IMG/VR virus record: IMGVR_UViG_3300009430_000004
Location: 1-64,000 of that record
Direction: 5' to 3' (one strand)
Length of the DNA: 64,000 nucleotides
The notes below the pieces were generated by a model. That model did not search any database, was not told the origin of the DNA, and saw only the letters and a program-made list of their open reading frames with translations. This document shows, piece after piece, positions 20,603 through 30,442 of this stretch; the stretch's first letter is position 1, and each line of letters starts with the position of its first letter. Position numbers and translations under genes: made by a program.

Positions 20603-20966
20603 TTATACAGTATGTGTACCTTCTACACCTCTAGCTTCTCTTTTCTGAGTTCTGCTTCTAAGAGCAGTAAGAGCAGCTACAATGTGGTCTAGTGCTTCTT
20701 GATTTTCAGCACATTTGTAAGGGCTGTTTTGGAACCCTTGTAATCTTGTGTAGACCATAACAAGTAAGTCCTCATTGGAAACACCGTTAACACCGCATTC
20801 CTTAATAGGTCCTTCTTGGAAATCTACCTTTGTAACAACTTCTCCTGTTTCCACCATTCTTTACTTCGAAGTGGTGTGGAGCGTTGAATTTAAAATCAGC
20901 TTCATATTCAACCTTTGTATACTTTTGTGTAAACAAAGGATCGTTTATAGTTACTCTGTTTTCCAT
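20603..20966 (-). pseudogene. tad1: Tad1 (Thoeris anti-defence 1) sponge protein with a +1 frameshift
   Basis: RBS GAGGTGA precedes ATG 20966 (MENRVTINDPLFTQKYTKVEYEADFKFNAPHHFEVKN). One extra G near 20855 shifts into VETGEVVTKVDFQEGPIKECGVNGVSNEDLL..RLQGFQ..C.EN..AL..R...R..RGVEGT, the Tad1 signature. Span is 364 nt (3n+1). Confidence 0.8.
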
Positions 20967-21033
20967 GTGAATCACCTCATAAATATTATTTAATATTAAG
21001 TTTATTTAGTGATTTTCTATATGGAAGATTTTG

Positions 21034-21186
21034 CTAATGTCTGATAATGAATGCTATCATTGATATAATCCATGTAACAAACACTATTTTTATAGCACGA
21101 GTTATCTTACCTATATGGTGATAATACACGCTAATAATTAATACGATGATACAAAATAGTGCAAATATGAAATCATCTTTTGGCAT
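21034..21186 (-). CDS. Small membrane protein (50 aa, not in ORF track)
   Basis: Hand translation MPKDDFIFALFCIIVLIISVYYHHIGKITRAIKIVFVTWIISMIAFIIRH; two hydrophobic segments within a co-oriented operon. Confidence 0.5.
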   Translation of the reverse strand: MPKDDFIFALFCIIVLIISVYYHHIGKITRAIKIVFVTWIISMIAFIIRH

Positions 21187-21199
21187 CTTCTTTCACTTC

Positions 21200-21475
21200 C
21201 TACTTCCCAAATTCTTTCTTGTATTGGTACTCTTTGTCTAATCTAACCTCGATTGAATATGGGTTGAGTTTTATTTTCTTTTCCTCAACCAATTTTCTAA
21301 AACATCTTGTAATAGTTTCAGGTGATGTTCCTTCTATAACTTCATCATTATCTAATGACTCTATTCCGTCAATCTCTCTCCAGTATGTTGCAACTAATGT
21401 ATTATAGTTGTCTTTAATCTCGGGATAGTCCTGAACTAATCTCAGTACATTGTCTTTTACAACAGAACTTTTCAC
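21200..21475 (-). CDS. Hypothetical protein
   Basis: 91 aa, GTG start after a GGGGATGG RBS. Confidence 0.6.
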   Translation of the reverse strand: MKSSVVKDNVLRLVQDYPEIKDNYNTLVATYWREIDGIESLDNDEVIEGTSPETITRCFRKLVEEKKIKLNPYSIEVRLDKEYQYKKEFGK

Positions 21476-21499
21476 CTATACCATCCCCCATGTATGTTA

Positions 21500-21676
21500 T
21501 TAAATTATCCTTTTAACTTCTTGTTTATCTTCTTTAGTTTCTTTCTTAGTCTCCTTGTGTATGACAATTTTGACTAATGTGAATTGAGATAAACATCCTG
21601 CCGCAACAGCTAATAGCATTAAAGCTCCTACAAATCTCCAGAATGAACCTAATACATACTGTAATACTTCTAACAT
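21500..21676 (-). CDS. Small membrane protein (58 aa, not in ORF track)
   Basis: MLEVLQYVLGSFWRFVGALMLLAVAAGCLSQFTLVKIVIHKETKK... after a GGGGGTGA RBS. Confidence 0.6.
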   Translation of the reverse strand: MLEVLQYVLGSFWRFVGALMLLAVAAGCLSQFTLVKIVIHKETKKETKEDKQEVKRII

Positions 21677-22454
21677 ACTTTTTCACCCCCATCTACAATA
21701 CTATCTTCTTTTTTTGTCTCATCACTTAATATATTTTTAAATTTGTCATTTTTTCTTTTACGAAATTCATCAATCAATTGACCAAACTCATCTGCATCAT
21801 TTAGATTTACAGTCATTGAGCTAACGACAGCAGCCTTATATGTTTGACAAGGATGACAATTACCACATAATTGCCCAACTTCACCAGGCATTTCACAGAA
21901 CCATATATATTGAAATAGTTCGTGTTGCTTCAGTTCCCCAACAATCTTTTCTTTCTCCATGTAGTATAAGTCGAATTGAAGAGTAACTGTTTTGCCCAAC
22001 ATCTTACAGAAACTGTTAACCATTGTTTTGAAATTATCATCTTGATACCAGAAGTGGTCACCATTAATATAACCGAAATGCAGAACTGAATCGTCCTCAA
22101 GTAGTGGTAAAAACTGTAGAACCCACAAGCCTGGTTGAGGCAATCCATGAGTTCCATATTTAAGTAAATTATTAGAGTCTTGAATCTCTGACTTTAATAA
22201 AATTTTATCAAAAGCTAATCCCTTAGCGATAAATTCTTCTTCAATTTTAACCCTAGCCTTTGCTTCCGATATTCTCTTTTTAGTATCGAAGTAGAAAGGT
22301 TCAGATATTAATGCAATAGGCTTCTTATATTTGTCATCTTTAGCTTGTTTTAGTTCATTGCATAGCTTATATAGAAGAAGAGTGCTATCCCCTCCCCCGA
22401 CCACGCAACATAATGTTTTTTAGTTAAATCAACTGTTAAATCATAATCTTTCAT
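21670..22454 (-). pseudogene. QueC-family (PP-loop ATPase) protein with a -1 frameshift in a G-run
   Basis: ATG 22454 gives MKDYDLTVDLTKKHYVAWSG. One base is missing in GGGGGAGGGG before DSTLLL (SGGxDS PP-loop). C-terminal C-x(9)-CGxCxxC zinc site. Span is 785 nt (3n+2). Confidence 0.72.
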
Positions 22455-22518
22455 GTGTACACATCCACTTATATTAATTTTTGTTATAAAAAGAAAAGAG
22501 CTGAATTTATCAGCTCTT

Positions 22519-24519
22519 TTATGGTCTTTCCTTGAAGAAAGGATCTATAAATGATGGTGCTTTCTTCTTGAATGTTAATGGATTACCTAATTGTCTACCT
22601 AAGTCCTGGAATGATAAGCTTACCAGTACTGAAGGATGTTTAATTAGTGCATTCTCTACAGTAAGTATTTGATAAGCGGCATCATCACTATACTTGGTGA
22701 AATTCGGTATATCAAGTACATCTTGTGAACTTCTTATAAGAGGTCGTATTAATACTTCCCCATGAACTGAGTTAGCCTTGATCTTAGATTCTATCATAAG
22801 GTCTAGCATCTTTTGACACATATCATCTATTGTAGTTGCACCGAAGTGGTCTGCTCTATCTAAGAGATACATGATGTTATACAGTGGTCGTGTTAACTCA
22901 TTATTCTCTATCTCAACAACAAAGATTCTAGTGTCATCTTCAATCTTTGATAAGTCTAATTCATAGACTTCCTTTTGCCTATCCAAATTAAGCATTTCAA
23001 CAATTTCTGGTGCTATATAGAGTTCTTTCATATCCTTTTCTTTCATCTCTATAATCTCACCAGTCTTCTTATTCTTAACATGGAATATTTCCACATAGCT
23101 ATTGAAGTCTGATATATCAAACTCATTAATAGTCTTGATGTTATCTCCTATCAATACTAAGCTGTATTCACTTGGCTCAAAATCCTCATTATTTGCATTA
23201 AGGATTATCTCATTAGCACTTATATCAAAGAACTTATAGAAGTCTTCATTAAACTCAATCTTCTCTGATGTTGTTGTTAGTAAGTGCTTTGATGATAAAA
23301 TGTTCTGTGAAACTGGTTCTGTTATCTTAGCCCCTGCATAACCTCCTATGGAGATATTCTTATTAGTGTAGTATAATTCCCCATAGCACTTATTACATAC
23401 ACCATTCTTTGATGCACATTTAGCAGGAGACCTAACCAGTATCTTCTTACCGATTAAATCTTTTTCTTTCCCTGTTAGAACTTTATACTCTCTTGAGTTA
23501 GGCAATCTATAATACCTGTCAATCAGTTTTTCAAGATGTCTTTTAGTCTTTATTTCAAACTCAACTGAATGAACGGTTCCGCAATCTTCTTCATGACTTA
23601 ATTTAATTCCTGATACAAGAAGCATAACCTTTCTTGCAAAGTGACCTGAACGACCCATAACAGTCTTGTTCATGATAACAGATTTACGTCCGCCTAGAGA
23701 GTCTATATAGTAGTTAGTTATGTTATTCAACCCACCTACTATAAAGTTACTATTGATTGGTGTAGGTATTGTATTACCATCAAGGTCTGGTTTTAGACCT
23801 CCATTAATTGCAAACTCTGATAGCTGTTTATGCTTTATTCCAGTACCAGACAGCAATATAGGTTTCAAGAAATTATCTTCTTGACACAAGATACTTATTT
23901 GCTCATTCATTAATCCATCGAGCATGTTCTCAATATCTTTCGGTTGCATACCATCAGGAATCTTTGTTCTAATAATCTCATTAAACCTAGGATTCTTATT
24001 AGCAACATCAATAAAGGTTTCCATATTAATAGATAACCCTAATAAGATATTGAAATCTGTTGAAATCCTGGATAAATTGAAAATTAAATCATGTAATGCT
24101 TTATTAAGCTTTACATTATTAACATGTCTTCTGAATGGTATAACTATTTTATCGTCTATATAAGACTTAATTAAATCCGAAGTTAACTGTGTTGGGTCTA
24201 TAATGTAAGAGCTGTCAATATGTTCGACTGCCTTTAACCTCATTATAGGCTCCCAGAATATTAAATTTGTTAAAAAGTGTCTTATTTGCAGAGTGTGAAT
24301 AATCTCACCATCTCTATCAAAGAACTTAAAATGTACAGGGCATTTTCTAAGAGCTTCATGCTCAAACCCCTGTTTTAAATAATCGTAAATCATTTCATGA
24401 GTACGATTAAAGGTATCCTTATTTTCAAGGATTTCTGATACTATAAATAATTTATTGCTCACTCCAAGGATTATTTCTTGGATATGACAAGGTAATTCTT
24501 CTTTTACTGATTCATACAT
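22519..24519 (-). CDS. Multisubunit RNA polymerase beta' C-terminal half, probably non-virion
   Basis: SGHFARK, EDCGT, VRSPAKC..VCNKCYG zinc site, and EPVSQNILSSKH trigger loop. Early promoter at 24561-24570. Confidence 0.88.
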   Translation of the reverse strand: MYESVKEELPCHIQEIILGVSNKLFIVSEILENKDTFNRTHEMIYDYLKQGFEHEALRKCPVHFKFFDRDGEIIHTLQIRHFLTNLIFWEPIMRLKAVEHIDSSYIIDPTQLTSDLIKSYIDDKIVIPFRRHVNNVKLNKALHDLIFNLSRISTDFNILLGLSINMETFIDVANKNPRFNEIIRTKIPDGMQPKDIENMLDGLMNEQISILCQEDNFLKPILLSGTGIKHKQLSEFAINGGLKPDLDGNTIPTPINSNFIVGGLNNITNYYIDSLGGRKSVIMNKTVMGRSGHFARKVMLLVSGIKLSHEEDCGTVHSVEFEIKTKRHLEKLIDRYYRLPNSREYKVLTGKEKDLIGKKILVRSPAKCASKNGVCNKCYGELYYTNKNISIGGYAGAKITEPVSQNILSSKHLLTTTSEKIEFNEDFYKFFDISANEIILNANNEDFEPSEYSLVLIGDNIKTINEFDISDFNSYVEIFHVKNKKTGEIIEMKEKDMKELYIAPEIVEMLNLDRQKEVYELDLSKIEDDTRIFVVEIENNELTRPLYNIMYLLDRADHFGATTIDDMCQKMLDLMIESKIKANSVHGEVLIRPLIRSSQDVLDIPNFTKYSDDAAYQILTVENALIKHPSVLVSLSFQDLGRQLGNPLTFKKKAPSFIDPFFKERP

Positions 24520-24560
24520 GCGTATCTACCTCCTTATATAATTTTGTTATTCACATAGTA

Positions 24561-24570
24561 ATAATATATA
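24561..24570 (-). promoter_or_regulatory. Early promoter
   Basis: Minus strand TATATATTAT. Confidence 0.7.
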
Positions 24571-24633
24571 TTTATAACGAAATTTAATAAAAAAAATAAC
24601 GCAGCATAAAACCTGCGTTATCTATCTTATTTA

Positions 24634-25029
24634 TTATAGCTTATTATCCATTTCATTTCTATATTGTTTTACATACAGGTCGAATATGTTATTACGATAG
24701 TTGTTAATAATGAATGAAATTAACTTAATTGCATTTAGAGGCATTCCGTCATTCTTAATTAAATAGATTGCGTTTGTTATAAGTCTATTTAGATTTATTT
24801 TTTCCGCATAATTTTCAATATCCGTGATGTCAATCTCAGGATGTAATAAAATAGTTTTGTAAATGGTATCATCGGTTCCACCTTCTCCCCTAGCCATTAT
24901 TTCCAATTGATTAATTACATCTTGCTTAGGTAATTGAGCTATTGCATCTAGTATATCCTTGGGTCCTTTTATTTTAGTTATTAAAGCCTTTTTCCTTTCC
25001 TCATCAGTTTGAGATTTTCTAATTGGCAT
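24634..25029 (-). CDS. Hypothetical early protein
   Basis: TGTGGGAGGA RBS with early promoter at 25083-25092. Confidence 0.6.
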   Translation of the reverse strand: MPIRKSQTDEERKKALITKIKGPKDILDAIAQLPKQDVINQLEIMARGEGGTDDTIYKTILLHPEIDITDIENYAEKINLNRLITNAIYLIKNDGMPLNAIKLISFIINNYRNNIFDLYVKQYRNEMDNKL

Positions 25030-25152
25030 GATTTAATCCTCCCACAAAATTATTAGACAGCTTATATTAACTATCTATTATTATAATATATAATCATAAA
25101 AATAATAAAATTCTATTGCTAGGAACATACAAATTAAGGGGGTGTATTATAA

Positions 25153-25389
25153 ATGGAACTTACATTTAAATATGTATTTTATGACCTATACACTATTGTC
25201 GAGGAGATAATAACTAAGGATAAGCTTCATTATGAAGTTGGTCAGGGGGTAAAGGTTAGGGAGGATTTCTATAGGATTGATGAAATCAAAGTTCTTAATA
25301 ACCTAGATTTAGACCAAGTAATTATAAGTTTGCGTCTAGTATCACAAACTATCGAAGATATTGGCTACCCATTCACCGAACTTTTCTAA
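25153..25389 (+). CDS. Hypothetical protein
   Basis: 78 aa, AAGGGGGTG RBS. Confidence 0.55.
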   Translation: MELTFKYVFYDLYTIVEEIITKDKLHYEVGQGVKVREDFYRIDEIKVLNNLDLDQVIISLRLVSQTIEDIGYPFTELF

Positions 25390-25428
25390 CTGAACATTTA
25401 ATTAAATTTAAGTTAGGAGGATGAAGTT

Positions 25429-25680
25429 ATGGGTGCATTACCTAGTATATCAGAACTAGACCGAAACTTTTCATCTATTGAGAATGTCGAGGAAGTATTA
25501 CTATTACATCCAGCAATCGACTATAAACTAACTAAAGACCATCTACATGAAATAGATGTAGAGAAACTACAAAATGTATACGAGACCTTAGCTAAGAAAG
25601 GTAAGTTGAAATCTTACAGCCATGAATTTATGGATATGCTAAGGAGAGTTCAAGAAGACAATAAAAATAATGCTAAGTAG
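25429..25680 (+). CDS. Hypothetical late protein
   Basis: AGGAGG RBS with late promoter AACA TTTAAT TA at 25393-25404. Confidence 0.55.
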   Translation: MGALPSISELDRNFSSIENVEEVLLLHPAIDYKLTKDHLHEIDVEKLQNVYETLAKKGKLKSYSHEFMDMLRRVQEDNKNNAK

Positions 25681-25710
25681 GAATTAACCTACTTAGCATT
25701 ATTTATTTTT

Positions 25711-26196
25711 TTATTTCTTTGGAGCTGCTGGCTTGTGACCAACACTATGCAACTGACTTTGAACGTTAGCCGCAACCTTTTTAACAAGGGCTGACTGTGA
25801 TTTGCCAGCATTCATCATAGTCTTCTTTGCTCTTCTAAGAGCCTCATTACCGTATTTCTTAAATAGATATTGCTCAAGGAATCTTTCCAGTCTCCAAACT
25901 GTTACCAGTTTCTTGAACTTAGGATCGTTCTTCTCCTTTGCAACTGTGAATACAGCAACCTTCTGTGCTCTTGAAAGCTTAGCTTTCTTATCCAATCTTA
26001 CGATTGTCTTCTCAAGCAATACCTGGTCTCTTAAAGCAGCATTAACTTCTGTATGATTTTCAAGGAATGCGTTTAATTCGCCTTCACTCAATACATCAAG
26101 CATAGCGGCTTCCATAATCAGGGCTTGAGCCTCTGTTGAAACTTCTTCATTGGTGTTATCCACCAAACCATTATTCTTGAATAACATGAATTTCAC
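25711..26196 (-). CDS. Small basic virion (internal head) protein
   Basis: Late promoter at 26217-26228, IME|A and LLE|K sites, Lys/Ala-rich C-terminus. Confidence 0.6.
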   Translation of the reverse strand: MKFMLFKNNGLVDNTNEEVSTEAQALIMEAAMLDVLSEGELNAFLENHTEVNAALRDQVLLEKTIVRLDKKAKLSRAQKVAVFTVAKEKNDPKFKKLVTVWRLERFLEQYLFKKYGNEALRRAKKTMMNAGKSQSALVKKVAANVQSQLHSVGHKPAAPKK

Positions 26197-26291
26197 AACC
26201 TTTCTACATAATTTTTTATTAAAATGTTCAATTATATAAAATTTGTACTTGTTTAAAAAATCAAAACCCCATCAACAAAAAGGTAATGATT

Positions 26292-26301
26292 TATATATTA
26301 T
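26292..26301 (+). promoter_or_regulatory. Early promoter (DNA polymerase operon)
   Basis: TATATATTAT. Confidence 0.7.
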
Positions 26302-26390
26302 CTTTATGTATAGGAGGTGAGATATAAATTTAGACCATATCGTAATATCGGGTTGTTAATCCGTTAAATATAATAAAGAGGTGGTATAAA

Positions 26391-28328
26391 ATGTCTGATA
26401 AAGAATATGGCTTTATTAAAGATTGGGCAAAACACTATACGGATATATTCACCACAATGTATCCAGACATTGATAAGAAGGACTTAAAAAAGTTCTTAAT
26501 CAATATTGCTAATGAAAGGGTAGAGAACCCTAAGGCAGAATTGCACAATAATTATGTGCATAGAACAATGGATGTTGACTTACTGACAGTATATGATTGG
26601 TTCAATCAAACGGAACCAATAGCAGGTGGATTTGGTGTATTCTTTAAGAACCAAAATCAAGTATTGAACCCTGCCGCTGTCATGCTTAACAACTTCCTAA
26701 CACTTAGAAAACAGTATAAAGGAAAACTGAAGGATTATAAAGAGACATCGTATGAGTATGCTGCTTATGACAGAATGCAGTTAACAGAAAAGATTAACGC
26801 TAACTCATATTATGGAGCATCTGGAGCACCGACTTCAAACTTCTTTAATCTTTATACAGCAACATCAGTAACAGCAACAGGTCAATCGTTAATTAGTACA
26901 ACAGAAACTGCATTTGAAGCATTCATGACTAACAATGTAGGATTTATAGACTTGGATGACTGTCTGAATTTTATGAGGAATGTTATCAAAGAAGATAAAA
27001 TTATTGATGATAAATTCCTGCCAATAGTTTCAGTTGAGTTACTCATGAAAAGAATGAAAGGTATGTTCTTTGATTATAAAGAAGAATATGATGACATACT
27101 TTTTACATTTGTAATGAACCTCGACCAGAAAATAATGAATAGAATATTCTTCAAGAATAATCTATATGCATTCTCTAATCTCCCTAAGATTAGAAATAAG
27201 CTTACAACTATAATGCTTAAAGTGAAGGAATTCAAAGACCCTAATAAGGTTCCTGAGAGTATTAAAACTAACATTGAAGATTTATGGGACTACTATAAGG
27301 AATTTGTATTCTATAATCATTTCGCATTCAATAGAATTCAGCGTCTTAAAAATGATAAGAGAAAATGTGTCGTTGTAGTTGACACTGACTCTAATATGTT
27401 AAACCTTAACCCATGGGTGCAATTTCTATTCAACTATGTAATCAAAGTTGACAGTAGATTGATGGATAGAGACCCTGACCAATTAAGGTTCGTTTGTGTA
27501 AACATCATGTGTTATGTTTTAACAAATATGATTACCGAGGTTCTCTGGAAATACACTAAGGGAGCTAACATACTTAAAGAGTATCGACCTAAAATAAATA
27601 TGAAGAATGAGTTCTTGTTCACAAGACTTATACTTTCAGGTAAGAAGAAGAGATATATAAGTAGCGTTAGACTTAGGGAAGGTAAAGAAATATATCCAGA
27701 GAAGATTGACATTAAAGGTATGGACTTTGTTAAGTCCTCAACTCGTGAGGAAACTAAAAAGTATTTTATTAACCTAGTTAAGGAAAAGCTTCTATATGCA
27801 AAAGATATCAATATATCTGAAATACTCAGAGAGCTTGAAGGATTTGAAGCTGTTATAAGAGCATCCTTACAGAGAGGTGAAAAAAGCTTCCTAATACCTA
27901 AATCAGTTAAGGAATTAGGAGCCTATAAGGACCCATTTAAAGAACAAGGGGTAAGGGGTATCATTGCATGGAATTATTTGTACCCTAATAAGGAAATAGA
28001 TTTACCTGAGAAGGTAGATATAGTTAAGGTTAAATTGACTAATGAAAAAGAAGTTGAAGAGGTAAAACATGTTGAGCCTCAAATGTATGAGATAATAGTT
28101 AAGAATATCCTTAATAGTAAGGAGAAAAAGATAGCAGAAAAAGGCGTTGCTATAATAGCAATACCTCGAAATGTTGAAAGAATACCTGAATGGCTAATGC
28201 CATTTATAGATTATGACACAATAGTTAATGATAACTTATCAAGATTTTATTCTGTATTAGAGTCAATGGGTATAGAAACTATTAAGACATCTAAGAAAGA
28301 ATATTTTAGTAATATTTTACGTGTCTAA
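26391..28328 (+). CDS. Family B DNA polymerase, polymerase module (phiKZ/AR9 type)
   Basis: Motif B KINANSYYG, motif C VDTDSN, KKKRY, and DIKGMDFVKS. No exonuclease domain or recognisable motif A in this ORF. Confidence 0.88.
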   Translation: MSDKEYGFIKDWAKHYTDIFTTMYPDIDKKDLKKFLINIANERVENPKAELHNNYVHRTMDVDLLTVYDWFNQTEPIAGGFGVFFKNQNQVLNPAAVMLNNFLTLRKQYKGKLKDYKETSYEYAAYDRMQLTEKINANSYYGASGAPTSNFFNLYTATSVTATGQSLISTTETAFEAFMTNNVGFIDLDDCLNFMRNVIKEDKIIDDKFLPIVSVELLMKRMKGMFFDYKEEYDDILFTFVMNLDQKIMNRIFFKNNLYAFSNLPKIRNKLTTIMLKVKEFKDPNKVPESIKTNIEDLWDYYKEFVFYNHFAFNRIQRLKNDKRKCVVVVDTDSNMLNLNPWVQFLFNYVIKVDSRLMDRDPDQLRFVCVNIMCYVLTNMITEVLWKYTKGANILKEYRPKINMKNEFLFTRLILSGKKKRYISSVRLREGKEIYPEKIDIKGMDFVKSSTREETKKYFINLVKEKLLYAKDINISEILRELEGFEAVIRASLQRGEKSFLIPKSVKELGAYKDPFKEQGVRGIIAWNYLYPNKEIDLPEKVDIVKVKLTNEKEVEEVKHVEPQMYEIIVKNILNSKEKKIAEKGVAIIAIPRNVERIPEWLMPFIDYDTIVNDNLSRFYSVLESMGIETIKTSKKEYFSNILRV

Positions 28329-28348
28329 TTTAAGAGGGGGTTTCTTAC

Positions 28349-28918
28349 ATGGGTGATAAAGAAATATCTTTAGGTAAATGCATAAAGTTATCTTTGACAA
28401 CTCAATACAAACAGTGGAAACAATGGATTTTAGGCTTCACTATAAATAGTGAAGAAACCATTTATTATGATAACACAAGGGGTAAAAAATATGAGATAAA
28501 CCTTTGGTTATTATTTATAGGAGGTGAAAAAATGAAGATTGTAAATAAAAGAGAATTCATGAAACTTAAAACTCCGATATTATATAGTCATTATAGACCA
28601 TGTGTAATTGAAGGTTTATTTGTTTGTGAGGATAACACTTCTTGTGGAATGAATGATTTCTGCGAAACGACACTATTGGATGAACCACAACCAATTGGTG
28701 TGACAGAAGATGATATGGTAGGATGGTCTGATGGTGACAGAGTTGACCTATTGGATAGAGCTGAGAAACAAGGTGAACAATTTGAGTTAGACTTAGATTG
28801 TGGATGTAGAGAAGGCTTATACGATGATACTAGATTATATGTCGTATATGAGCCACAGGATATGAAAAAATTGATAGATAGGTTGCAAGGGATTTATTCC
28901 GAAGCACGTCTAAAATAA
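28349..28918 (+). CDS. Hypothetical protein(s); internal RBS and ATG at 28532
   Basis: One ORF with two strong RBSs (AGAGGGGG before 28349, AGGAGGTGA before 28532). Confidence 0.5.
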   Translation: MGDKEISLGKCIKLSLTTQYKQWKQWILGFTINSEETIYYDNTRGKKYEINLWLLFIGGEKMKIVNKREFMKLKTPILYSHYRPCVIEGLFVCEDNTSCGMNDFCETTLLDEPQPIGVTEDDMVGWSDGDRVDLLDRAEKQGEQFELDLDCGCREGLYDDTRLYVVYEPQDMKKLIDRLQGIYSEARLK

Positions 28919-28930
28919 AATATAATATTT

Positions 28931-30289
28931 ATGGGAGGTACTCGTGTAATGAGTGGATTAATTGATAAGAATATGGAAGAATGTTTGGTAAAGTTAGTGA
29001 ATGGACATCTTCCAGATAGTAAGGTATATTTAGAAAGATATCAGAGGATTAATTTCTATATATTCGACCAAAATGTATTTAATGCTATTATGAAGGAATT
29101 TAAATTTAAGGACATCGGGAATGTATATGATTTCCCAGATGTATTACCACAACCTGAGTCTATCGGAACATTTGACATGATGGCAGGTTTCGATTTGTTT
29201 CAGAGAATTGCGATTTCAAAGAAAATAAATTCAGTGCTATTCTATAGCGTTGATACTTACTCAATCTGTAGCACATTCCTCATTGATGTTGACCATCTAA
29301 AGAAGTTTTTAAAGAAGACTAAGGATATAATCAGGCAAGACACTGGTGCTAACATATTCAGAGATGTAGACTTCCACTGTGATGGTAAGGAATACATTGA
29401 AATTATGGACGCTATAGAAGATAAAACTAAACCAGTCGATGTGCTAAAGAAGAAAGTACCTGATGAAAATCTAGTATTCGATGAGAAGTCAACAATCAAT
29501 GATGTTATGAATGATATTACAACCTTCTTTAAGGATGAAACTCATAAGCTATATGATAAACTAGAGTTACCTTATAAAAGGGGTATCATTCTCTTTGGTG
29601 ATCCAGGTAACGGAAAGAGTGCAATGATAAGACAGATAATTAGAGTTGTACCAAGTATCATAAAGGTTGTAATTAACCCTAATGTAATGAATGTTACAAG
29701 GATATTACAATCGTTAACGAAAGCCCTCGATAGTAAGCAAGCTATAATTGTAATTGAGGATATTGACTCATTAATTACTGAACGTAATAGATCTGAGTTC
29801 TTAAATATTCTTGATGGTGTTGATATTAGGTCAGGAATTTACTTCATAGGAACCACAAATTATCCAGATAAAATAGACCCTGCGTTTATGAATAGGTCTG
29901 GAAGATTTGACCGTACTTATAAAATTGATAATCCTGCTGAAAACACTAGAAAGATATTCTTTGAAAGTAGAAAGATTGGTAAACTGCTTGCTGAATATAA
30001 AGTGCATAGAGATATTAATATAGCTGATACAGATGACGGTGTTGTTGACTTATTTGTTAAGTATAGTGACAACTTACCGATGGCTAGTCTTAAGGAATTG
30101 ATTACAAGCACATCATATCTGCTTGCATCAGAACCTGACATGACAGTAGAAGAAGCTGTTGAAAAGTCATATAACTCACTTGTTAGTATCAGGACTGAAC
30201 ATGCTAATTCACATAATGCTTATAAGAAACAACAGCGTCTGAATTTCATGCCTACTGGATATAATAGTTATGATGAGGATGAAGATTAG
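28931..30289 (+). CDS. AAA+ ATPase
   Basis: GIILFGDPGNGKS, VIEDIDS, GTTNYPDKIDPAFMNRSGRFDR (second region of homology). Confidence 0.9.
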   Translation: MGGTRVMSGLIDKNMEECLVKLVNGHLPDSKVYLERYQRINFYIFDQNVFNAIMKEFKFKDIGNVYDFPDVLPQPESIGTFDMMAGFDLFQRIAISKKINSVLFYSVDTYSICSTFLIDVDHLKKFLKKTKDIIRQDTGANIFRDVDFHCDGKEYIEIMDAIEDKTKPVDVLKKKVPDENLVFDEKSTINDVMNDITTFFKDETHKLYDKLELPYKRGIILFGDPGNGKSAMIRQIIRVVPSIIKVVINPNVMNVTRILQSLTKALDSKQAIIVIEDIDSLITERNRSEFLNILDGVDIRSGIYFIGTTNYPDKIDPAFMNRSGRFDRTYKIDNPAENTRKIFFESRKIGKLLAEYKVHRDINIADTDDGVVDLFVKYSDNLPMASLKELITSTSYLLASEPDMTVEEAVEKSYNSLVSIRTEHANSHNAYKKQQRLNFMPTGYNSYDEDED

Positions 30290-30442
30290 AAATATATTAG
30301 GGGCATTTTCATTGCCCCTTATTTTTTATTATAATGGCAGCTTGTCTGGGAGAAAACTAAATGCCTTGCCTTTCAACAATATATTAATAACAGCCTTCCT
30401 TAATCTAGACTGTTATTAATCGTATAAGAAGGGAGAGGGGGT

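Noticed and set aside
30330-30420. Riboswitch-like leader before 30443
   Set aside because: Only a short GGCA/TGCC pairing and one hairpin; no recognisable aptamer consensus.
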